Assembly (NCBI GenBank): GCA_000025185.1
Contig: CP001848.1
Coordinates: 1,080,001 to 1,112,000, forward strand
Direction of reading: 5' to 3'
DNA: 32,000 nt
From: Pirellula staleyi DSM 6068
Lineage (GTDB): Bacteria > Planctomycetota > Planctomycetia > Pirellulales > Pirellulaceae
A program made the translations under genes and the position numbers. Below the pieces are notes generated by a model that saw only the letters and a program-made list of their open reading frames with translations, did not search any database and was not told the origin of the DNA. Positions 25,580 to 32,000 of the stretch are shown in pieces. How positions within the stretch are numbered: the first letter of the stretch is position 1; each line of letters begins with the position of its first letter.

Positions 25580-25610
25580 TTCCCATCGCATGATCGATGG
25601 GAATATCTTT
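25580..25610 (+). terminator. Putative terminator after the thioredoxin gene
   Basis: TTCCCATCG (25580-25588) pairs with CGATGGGAA (25595-25603) around the loop CATGAT, followed by TATCTTTCC. Confidence 0.5.
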
Positions 25611-25933
25611 CCGAGCCAAGCAGGTTCTTGCCTTAAGGTTTGATAGACATCGGCGACGCATTGTATTTTTCACACGTATTTCTCACGTTCGGCCGGCCTG
25701 ATGACTCCTTAGCGTTCATCCGTAGTACGCGGGAGTGAGAATTCAAAGTCAGCTTTCTGACCCGATCGCTCTTGGTTTACCATTGTGCAGCGGGGGCGTA
25801 CTGCTCCCCTATCTTCGTCAGGCATAACCGACCAACAATTGATGCAACTGGAGTCGCTGGCCGCGCGGCTACTTCTATGAATCTCGGTTGACTGCGGCCC
25901 GGTTAACCATGGCATTCGACCCTTGAGGAATCG

Positions 25934-26479
25934 ATGGAAAGTACTGAAAGTACGCCTAAAAAACTCGAAGACAATCCCAAGGATGCTTTGGAAGCATACC
26001 TCCGGTACATGTGGAAGGGCTACTACAAGTGGTATGAGAAAGCCGTGAAACAGAATCAGCAACTCTGGCTGGCGCTGCAATTGGTCTCCATCATCTCTGC
26101 TATCGCCACAGCGGTGTTGGCAGGGTTGTCCGGGGAAAAGTGGTTTAGGGACTACGAGTCTTTGCGGATCGCCATGATTGTCATACCGCTGATCGGAACA
26201 TTCGCGAGCAGCATTGCGGCCAATACCAAAGTAGCTTCACTCTGGGCGCTTCGTGAGCAAGGACGCCAGGCTGTCCAAGCTTTAGTCGATAGCGGAAGAC
26301 AGCGATTTGCAGCTGCAACGTCAGCTGCCGACTATGTAGCGATTCATCAATTCTTGGTAAAGGCGATCGAGAAGGTCGAAGCCTCTCAGGCCGAGGGATG
26401 CTTTCCGCTCTTGCCCGAAATTCCTGGTTCGCCAGCACAAACTCAGCTCCCTTTACCGTCGAAGACAGTCGGTTCGTAA
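25934..26479 (+). CDS. DUF4231/SLATT-like two-TM protein (tentative)
   Basis: GAGGAA lies 3 nt upstream of the ATG. KWYEKAVKQNQQLWLALQLVSIISAIATAVLAGL (helix plus TM1), LRIAMIVIPLIGTFASSIAA (TM2), then LWALREQGRQAV match my recollection of the DUF4231 pattern (WY.k.A...k....lq.....a, second TM, W..R..). Local GC is visibly lower than the surroundings. Confidence 0.5.
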   Translation: MESTESTPKKLEDNPKDALEAYLRYMWKGYYKWYEKAVKQNQQLWLALQLVSIISAIATAVLAGLSGEKWFRDYESLRIAMIVIPLIGTFASSIAANTKVASLWALREQGRQAVQALVDSGRQRFAAATSAADYVAIHQFLVKAIEKVEASQAEGCFPLLPEIPGSPAQTQLPLPSKTVGS

Positions 26480-26877
26480 TTGGGCCCTTGGGATACTGCT
26501 GCGTCCATTTGTGAGGTTCGCACTGGCAAAGCCAGTGGCACCCAGTCCGTGCAACGGACTGGCGTAGCTAGCGGTGAATAGTTTCCCTTTAGGCTGCTTG
26601 GGGCGTGGGCGCACGATACCGATGCGGAAAGCAGATCGCGAGTCAAGGGAATTTTCTCGGCCATCAACCTGGGCTCTATGGTTGACAGTCTGCAGATCAG
26701 GCTTCTACACTTCGTAGCGTCGAGCCAACTGGAAGGCTCGATCACGGGACTTATGGCATCAGGCGTCGGCCTGCCCCAAGGAAGATCACACGTCCCGCGA
26801 AGGCTGTCACCCGTCTCGCAAAGGCTCGCGCCTGTCGGCTGGTCGGCTCGCTGAGCAACCCCTGAGGACTCTCTGCC

Positions 26878-29466
26878 ATGCACCTCGCTCGGAATGCTTC
26901 TTTGGCTCGTCTCGCGTCGCTGGCAACCATCGCCTCCGCCCCACTGCTGCTCGTCGCGTTTCCGGCGACGCTGCTGGCGCAAGAGCCCGCTGCTGCACAA
27001 GCCGCCGGCAGTTTTGGAGTGATGGAATACGTCTGGTGGACCCTCTGCCTCGTCGCGTCGATCGCCGCCCTGGTGCAAGCCTGGGTCTTCTATAAGGCGA
27101 TGATGGCGTCGGACGAAGGAACCCCCAAGATGGTCGAAATCGCCGGCTATGTGCGGACCGGCGCGGCCGCTTATTTGAATCAGCAGTACAAAGTGGTGGC
27201 GATCTTTTTTGTCGTCATCGGCGCGCTTCTGGCCGTACAAGCGTTTTACTTGAAGGTGCAAAGCGAGTTTGTTCCGTTCGCGTTCATCACCGGAGGTCTG
27301 TTCAGCGGACTGGCTGGCTACTTCGGCATGAAAACCGCCACTTGGGCCAGCAGCCGCACCGCCGCCGCGGCTCAGAAGTCGCTCAACCAGGGTCTGCAAG
27401 TCGCCTTTCGCAGCGGCGCGGTGATGGGACTCGTGGTGGTGGGCCTCGGTCTGCTCGACATCACCCTGTGGTATGCCCTGCTCCGCTGGGTGTTTGGCCA
27501 GAACCTGCAAGAGACCACCGTGGCGATGCTCTGCTTCGGCATGGGTGCTTCGAGCCAGGCGCTGTTTGCCCGCGTCGGCGGTGGCATCTTCACGAAAGCG
27601 GCCGACGTCGGTGCCGACCTGGTTGGTAAAGTCGAACAAGGGATTCCGGAAGATGATCCGCGCAACCCCGCCACCATCGCCGACAACGTGGGTGATAACG
27701 TCGGCGACGTCGCTGGCATGGGCGCCGATCTCTATGAATCGTACTGCGGCAGTATCCTCGCCACCGCAGCGCTCGGCGTGGCAGCGTTTCTCGACAGCGG
27801 CGACATGCAGCTGCGAGCGATGTTCCTGCCACTGGCGATCGCCGGGGTCGGCATTTTTCTTTCGATCATCGGGATGTACCTGATTCGGACCGGCGAAGAT
27901 GCTACGCAAAAACACCTCCTGGCCGCTTTGGCCAATGGCATCAACGCCGCCACGCTGCTGAGCGCCGCCGCTTCGATCGCCCTCACCTGGCTGATCATGC
28001 CCGGCTATCTCGGCATCGCCGGAAGCGTGATCGTGGGACTCGTCGCCGGCTGGATGATCGGCAAATGGACCGAATACTCCACGAGCGACGAGTATCAGCC
28101 GACCAAAGAACTCGCGGCCCAATCCCTCACCGGACCTGCCACCGTCATCATCGGCGGCATTGCCGAAGGGATGATCAGCACCTGGTTTCCGGTGGTGGTT
28201 GTCGCCGTCGGCACACTGCTCGCCTTCGGCTTCTCGACGAGCTGGAATTTCGCCGACGTGCAGCTCTTCTCGCTCGGGCTCTACGGTGTTGGCATCGCGG
28301 CTGTCGGCATGCTCAGCACCCTGGGCATCACACTCGCTACTGACGCCTATGGACCAATCGCCGACAACGCCGGTGGCAACGCCGAAATGGCCCACCTCGG
28401 CCCTGAAGTTCGTAAACGGACCGACGCCCTCGACAGCCTCGGCAACACCACCGCCGCGACTGGCAAAGGCTTTGCCATTGGCTCAGCCGCTCTCACAGCA
28501 CTGGCCCTTTTGGCCGCCTATGTCGAAGAGGTTCGCATCGGCTTCGATCGCTGGGGCAAAAGCCCCGAGATCATCACCGAGACTGCCGACGACGGCTACT
28601 ACAAAATCAACGACCGCTTCGTCGTCCATAAAGAAGGGAGCGATCGTAAAGCGTGGGAAATGTACCTCGTGATGCCCGACGATGCCCGCATGACCGGCTG
28701 GAAAAAGGGGACCGATCAGGAGCTCGCCACACCGGCCGGAATCGCCTCGAAATTGAGCATCGACGAGGCCAATATCACCGGCGATAAAACGGCGATGTTC
28801 CTCACGATCGCGGGGCTTCCTCAGCCGATCAAGCTGGTCAACTTGCACCGCGCTACGCTCCCCGATTTCGCCGCCTACTACGACGCCACGCTCATCAACC
28901 CCAAATCGCTGGTCGGCATGTTCCTCGGGGCAATGTCGGTCTTCGTTTTCTGCGCCATGACGATGAAAGCGGTCGGCCGCGCCGCCAAGGGCATGGTCGA
29001 AGAAGTCCGCCGCCAGTTCAAAGAAAAACCGGGCATCATGAAAGGGACCGAGCTTCCCGACTACGCTGCCCCAGTCGCCATCAGCACCAAAGCAGCCCAG
29101 CGCGAAATGATCCTCCCCAGCTTGCTCGGACTTCTCACCCCCGTAGCGGTCGGCATGGTCCTCGGCGTCGGCGGTGTCCTCGGTCTCCTCGTCGGCTGTC
29201 TCTCCACCGGCTTCTGCGTCGCCATCTTCATGGCCAACTCGGGTGGCTCGTGGGACAACGCTAAAAAGCATATCGAGGCGGGCAATTTTGGCGGAAAAGG
29301 GACCGACGCCCACAAGGCGGCTGTCGTCGGCGACACCGTCGGCGACCCCTTCAAAGACACCAGCGGCCCGAGCCTCAACATCCTCATCAAACTGATGAGC
29401 ATGGTCAGCGTCGTCGTCGCCGGCCTCGTCGTCCGCTACAGCCTCGAAGCCCTCGGAATCTTCTAA
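26878..29466 (+). CDS. hppA: Membrane-bound (K+-dependent type) ion-translocating pyrophosphatase
   Basis: Diagnostic motifs GGIFTKAADVGADLVGKVE, DDPRNPATIADNVGDNVGDVAGMGADLYESY, DAYGPIADNAGG, GNTTAATGKGFAIGSAAL, SGGSWDNAKK and VGDTVGDPFKDTSGPSLNILIKLM. The 862-aa length includes an N-terminal signal-like helix and a loop insertion. Confidence 0.95.
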   Translation: MHLARNASLARLASLATIASAPLLLVAFPATLLAQEPAAAQAAGSFGVMEYVWWTLCLVASIAALVQAWVFYKAMMASDEGTPKMVEIAGYVRTGAAAYLNQQYKVVAIFFVVIGALLAVQAFYLKVQSEFVPFAFITGGLFSGLAGYFGMKTATWASSRTAAAAQKSLNQGLQVAFRSGAVMGLVVVGLGLLDITLWYALLRWVFGQNLQETTVAMLCFGMGASSQALFARVGGGIFTKAADVGADLVGKVEQGIPEDDPRNPATIADNVGDNVGDVAGMGADLYESYCGSILATAALGVAAFLDSGDMQLRAMFLPLAIAGVGIFLSIIGMYLIRTGEDATQKHLLAALANGINAATLLSAAASIALTWLIMPGYLGIAGSVIVGLVAGWMIGKWTEYSTSDEYQPTKELAAQSLTGPATVIIGGIAEGMISTWFPVVVVAVGTLLAFGFSTSWNFADVQLFSLGLYGVGIAAVGMLSTLGITLATDAYGPIADNAGGNAEMAHLGPEVRKRTDALDSLGNTTAATGKGFAIGSAALTALALLAAYVEEVRIGFDRWGKSPEIITETADDGYYKINDRFVVHKEGSDRKAWEMYLVMPDDARMTGWKKGTDQELATPAGIASKLSIDEANITGDKTAMFLTIAGLPQPIKLVNLHRATLPDFAAYYDATLINPKSLVGMFLGAMSVFVFCAMTMKAVGRAAKGMVEEVRRQFKEKPGIMKGTELPDYAAPVAISTKAAQREMILPSLLGLLTPVAVGMVLGVGGVLGLLVGCLSTGFCVAIFMANSGGSWDNAKKHIEAGNFGGKGTDAHKAAVVGDTVGDPFKDTSGPSLNILIKLMSMVSVVVAGLVVRYSLEALGIF

Positions 29467-29481
29467 CAGGGGGCAGGGATC

Positions 29482-29502
29482 AGAGGCTAGAGGCTAGAGG
29501 CG
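29482..29502. repeat. Three tandem copies of the heptamer AGAGGC(T/G)
   Basis: agaggct agaggct agaggcg sits 16 nt after the hppA stop codon. Confidence 0.6.
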
Positions 29503-29586
29503 GGAGAGAAGCAACACCTCTTAGATGCCTGTGTTGTGCGTAGCTCAACACAGCTCGTGCGTAGGCCCACCTCCACCGGCCACTCT

Positions 29587-29665
29587 GTAGGGCAGGCTCC
29601 CGCCTGCCGATACTGCTCAGTTGGCTTTGCAAGACTCTATGAGATCTTGGCCGGTGGAACCGGCC
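29587..29665 (+). repeat. Intergenic repeat family 2, copy 1 (GTAGGGCAGGCTCCCGCCTGCCGA...)
   Basis: gtagggcaggctcccgcctgccgatactgctcagttggct is near-identical to 30233..30272 (one mismatch). It contains hairpin GGCAGGC-tccc-GCCTGCC (29591-29608). The distal ggccggtggaaccggcc resembles ggcgggtggagccgg in copy 2. Confidence 0.65.
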
Positions 29666-29672
29666 CTACTAC

Positions 29673-29777
29673 GCCGTCTATCGATCAATGTCAGGTGTCT
29701 TTGGGTGGCACTGCTGGCTTGTTCAGCAGTGTGAATCGCAGCTGAGAATGACATTTATTGAAAGACGATATACTACT
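29673..29777 (+). repeat. Intergenic repeat family 1, copy B (~105 bp)
   Basis: gccgtctatcgatcaatgtcaggtgtctttgggtggcactgctggcttgttcagcagtgtgaatcgcagctgagaatgacatt... aligns with 24596..24700. Internal pairings: AATGTCA (29687-29693) with TGACATT (29749-29755), and CACTGCTG (29709-29716) with CAGCAGTG (29724-29731). Confidence 0.7.
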
Positions 29778-29806
29778 TACTGCAAGCCCAAGGAAATGCA
29801 CGCAAC

Positions 29807-30229
29807 GTGCTCACCAACGGTCGCTTCAAGCTCCAGCATCTCCTACTACTCACTGCCCTAGTGGCGGTTCAACTGACGAGTCGACACCTCGTCTTTAGCA
29901 GCAAGAGCCTCGAAGTTGCCTGCTACTTTCCTCCTCTTCAAGCTGTCGCACTTGCGATCTACTTTCAGCTGACATCTAGCGAGTCGCGACTTCTCTCGCG
30001 AGCCAAGCTCGGATTCCTCGCCGGAGGGATCCTCACGGCAATCTCAGCCACCATTCTCGGAATCGAAGTGCTCGAAACCTTTCGCCGCTCGTATCCAGAA
30101 TACTGGCAGTGGTCGCGCGACTGGCTCTCTTTGGCCTGGATCATTGCTACCGAGCTCGCCACGGGTGGCTTCCTCGGCGCCCTTCTCTTCACTCCTCCCC
30201 TCGCTCACTGGTGTACTGACAAACGATAG
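29807..30229 (+). CDS. Small hydrophobic hypothetical protein (about 4 predicted helices)
   Basis: GTG start with AAGGAA about 10 nt upstream. Hydrophobic stretches include LLLLTALVAVQL, LQAVALAIYFQL, LAGGILTAISATILGI and LAWIIATELATGGFLGALLF. No homology recognised. The ORF is bracketed by the two family 2 repeats. Confidence 0.4.
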   Translation: MLTNGRFKLQHLLLLTALVAVQLTSRHLVFSSKSLEVACYFPPLQAVALAIYFQLTSSESRLLSRAKLGFLAGGILTAISATILGIEVLETFRRSYPEYWQWSRDWLSLAWIIATELATGGFLGALLFTPPLAHWCTDKR

Positions 30230-30232
30230 TGC

Positions 30233-30309
30233 GTAGGGCAGGCTCCCGCCTGCCGATGCTGCTCAGTTGGCTGGGGTGGGGTCTGTCAAATGGGGGCGGG
30301 TGGAGCCGG
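30233..30309 (+). repeat. Intergenic repeat family 2, copy 2
   Basis: gtagggcaggctcccgcctgccgatgctgctcagttggct starts 4 nt after the stop of ORF 29807..30229. Hairpin GGCAGGC-tccc-GCCTGCC lies at 30237-30254. Confidence 0.65.
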
Positions 30310-30470
30310 AACTTGGGTTCACGGCAGCTGTGGGCTTGTGAATACCGAAGCATCTCATCCGGTCGTCGATAGATTTTGTTCGGCGACTGTTTTAACAGCT
30401 TTTATTCCAGGTAGCACGAGTGAAAGATTACCTAGAAATCATCTACTAAAACCCGGGGCATCACTCTGAA

Positions 30471-30857
30471 CTATGGATTTCGAGGACGAATACCAAATGA
30501 CGGCTGCCAATCAAGACTAGGCTTGGGCTTCTTAAATGAATAGTGACCAGATATTACAGCACTCTCGCCAAGATCCTTTGGGACTTTAAGGTCTAAATTA
30601 AGTGCTTGACCCGACTCGCGAGCGGCAAAAGCAAAAACTGAAATATTCTTCTCGTCACCGCCAGGATGAATCTTAAGCACAGTGGAAAAAAGATTATGGT
30701 CGGGCATGCAGCCTGCTGGAATGCGAATAGAAATTACGCCTTCAGTAACTTTAGTAAGGTCGAGATCGATTTTTTTTGCTTCGTCGTCCTCCTTTCGTTC
30801 TCTAAAAGAAATATTAGCACTGAACGGATTCCCAGGGATGGCCTGAGAATCGAGCAA
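30471..30857 (-). CDS. Hypothetical protein in low-GC segment
   Basis: 128-codon ORF with a TTG start at 30857. Its composition (K/D/E/N/S/I-rich) differs clearly from the GC-rich shadow ORFs. No motif recognised. The start lies 29 bp from the IS left end. Confidence 0.4.
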   Translation of the reverse strand: MLDSQAIPGNPFSANISFRERKEDDEAKKIDLDLTKVTEGVISIRIPAGCMPDHNLFSTVLKIHPGGDEKNISVFAFAARESGQALNLDLKVPKDLGESAVISGHYSFKKPKPSLDWQPSFGIRPRNP

Positions 30858-30885
30858 AAATGGCCAACATGCCTTTCCGTACTTA

Positions 30886-31805
30886 GAGCCTATCCGATAA
30901 CCCGAAATTGGTATTGAAAAAGAGGTGAGTCCTTTTGTTAAAGGAGAGTTACCACACTCGCACCCTTACAAAAGGACCCACCATGGACGGTGCTGTTAGC
31001 TTTGATGCCTATCGAATGCCCGACGAATTGTGGCAGCAAATGCAATTCCTGTTGCCTCCCTACATTCCCTCCCCCTTGGGCGGACGGCCCAGAGCCGTAC
31101 TACGCGACGTAGCAGATGCCATCTTTTACCGAATTCGCACAGGCTGTCAATGGAAAGCAATACCACGCTGCCTCGCTGCGGGAAGCACCGCCCACAGCTA
31201 CTTTCAGCAATGGGTAGAGCAAGGCGTATTCGACGATCTGTGGCAGCTAGCGCTCGAACTGTTTGACGACCTCGTGGGACTCGACTGGCGCTGGCAAGCG
31301 GTCGATGGAGCGATGACCAAAGCGCCCCTAGGCGGCGAAGCGACCGGCAAAAACCCCACCGATCGGGCCAAGCTGGGAACCAAACGCTCGCTCATGACCG
31401 ATGCTCGTGGCATCCCCGTTGGGCTCGCCGTCTCTGGAGCCAATACCCACGATTCACGTCTTCTTCAAGCAACCTTGGAGAACCGTCTTTTAAGATTCCC
31501 AAGAGATCCTAACTCCCGTTGTGAACGTCTTCTATTAGATAAAGCTTATGACTCCCAAGCTATTCGCACGCTGGTGGAAGAGCAGCTGTCGTTTCGAGCT
31601 CACATTCGCTCACGCCATCAAGAGATTCGGGAAAAGGAGCGTGCTCGACCCAGGCGGTGGGTCGTCGAGCGTACTCACAGCTGGCTCAACCGCTTTCGCG
31701 GCGTACTGCTCCGATGGGAGAAGAAAGTCGACAATCACATCGCGATCCTGCAACTGGCCTGCGCCTTCTATACCCTCAAACAAGCTCAGGTTCTCGGATA
31801 GGCTC
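30886..31805 (+). mobile_element. Intact IS5-family insertion sequence (IS427/IS1031-like), 920 bp
   Basis: Terminal inverted repeats are GAGCCTATCCGATAACCCGA (30886-30905) and the reverse complement of 31786-31805, GAGCCTATCCGAGAACCTGA. The first 12 positions are perfect and 18 of 20 match. Flanking TA dinucleotides (30884-30885 and 31806-31807) look like a target duplication. A single transposase ORF lies inside. Confidence 0.85.
30983..31801 (+). CDS. IS5-family DDE transposase
   Basis: N-terminal HTH-like GRPRAVLRDVADAIFYRIRTGCQWKAIP; DDE region WQAVDGAMTKAP..., GIPVGLAVSGANTHDSRLL, LLLDKAYDS, RWVVERTHSWLNRFRGVLLRWEKK. I prefer the ATG at 30983 over the TTG at 30935. The stop codon lies inside the right IR. 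Confidence 0.9.
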   Translation: MDGAVSFDAYRMPDELWQQMQFLLPPYIPSPLGGRPRAVLRDVADAIFYRIRTGCQWKAIPRCLAAGSTAHSYFQQWVEQGVFDDLWQLALELFDDLVGLDWRWQAVDGAMTKAPLGGEATGKNPTDRAKLGTKRSLMTDARGIPVGLAVSGANTHDSRLLQATLENRLLRFPRDPNSRCERLLLDKAYDSQAIRTLVEEQLSFRAHIRSRHQEIREKERARPRRWVVERTHSWLNRFRGVLLRWEKKVDNHIAILQLACAFYTLKQAQVLG

Positions 31806-31819
31806 TAAAGGTTGTTGAT

Positions 31820-32000
31820 CTAGACGTAGCCCTCGCCGGACCGGTCAGCAAGAAATCTAACTTGTTGAAAGGTTGAGGCTATCTTGTTCTCAGACACCTT
31901 GTCGACCGCCTGGACAAAAAGGAACGTCGCGTCCTGAAGCCCAAAAGAAACAGTTTTATTGGCGCAGTGAAGTTCGTCAAGAAACTGTACCGGACTTGTG
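31820..32000 (-). CDS. Possible 3' end of a minus-strand gene entering from beyond the window
   Basis: Manual translation of the minus strand gives 60 open codons ending at TAG (31822..31820): ...TSPVQFLDELHCANKTVSFGLQDATFLFVQAVDKVSENKIASTFQQVRFLADRSGEGYV*. GC is low, like the segment left of the IS. There is no homology and it is not in the track because it is edge-truncated. Confidence 0.3.
   Translation of the reverse strand, partial: TSPVQFLDELHCANKTVSFGLQDATFLFVQAVDKVSENKIASTFQQVRFLADRSGEGYV

Noticed and set aside
25709-26080. 123-aa minus-strand ORF overlapping the start of the SLATT-like gene.
   Set aside because: It overlaps the better-supported plus-strand ORF, which has an SD plus ATG and a coherent TM architecture. 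It has no motifs or plausible start context of its own.
26443-28395. 650-aa minus-strand ORF antisense to hppA. Similar long antisense or off-frame ORFs occur at 17544-19811(-), 19923-20975(-), 12851-14335(-), 14603-15670(-), 6378-7589(+), 8992-10074(+), 4905-5873(+), 10980-11687(+), 28483-29313(-) and 53-760(+).
   Set aside because: Each lies opposite or overlapping a gene with strong family motifs or coherent architecture. Their translations are Arg/Gly/His/Asp-rich with no motifs, which is typical of stop-poor shadow frames in GC-rich DNA.
29482-29502. Possible CRISPR or microsatellite array (AGAGGCT x3).
   Set aside because: There are only three 7-nt units with no spacers and no cas genes. 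It is far too short for CRISPR, so I kept it only as a minor tandem repeat.
30858-30885. Idea that ORF 30471-30857 is the 3' remnant of a gene truncated by the IS; the frame stays open up to and into the IS.
   Set aside because: I reconstructed the pre-insertion sequence by removing the IS and one TA. An in-frame TAG (31822-31820) then lies only 4 codons upstream of the junction. The IS therefore sits in an intergenic gap, not inside this ORF.

Overview
High-GC bacterial chromosomal segment. The gene content suggests Planctomycetota, likely a Pirellula-like lineage, but that is inference only. Left to right: a partial PQQ-propeller lipoprotein; an exported redox trio (glutathione peroxidase, YHS-domain protein, Tat-signal short chlorite dismutase); a convergent pair of extreme low-complexity secreted proteins (Cys/Gly-rich lipoprotein, Pro-rich repeat protein); a minus-strand run of a beta-CASP MBL ribonuclease, an LRR protein and a translationally coupled hpnC-hpnD-hpnE squalene operon; then an ~11.7 kb block of three paralogous giant membrane-anchored modules, two of them fused into one 2680-codon ORF, for which I recognise no family. 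This block is the best candidate for an undescribed system. Downstream lie a TlpA-like thioredoxin, a DUF4231/SLATT-like 2-TM protein in a lower-GC pocket, a K+-dependent-type membrane pyrophosphatase with a ~120-aa loop insertion, two intergenic repeat families, and a low-GC edge region carrying an intact 920-bp IS5-family element with TA duplications. I saw no rRNA, tRNA or CRISPR. Many long antisense ORFs in the track are GC-driven shadow ORFs.
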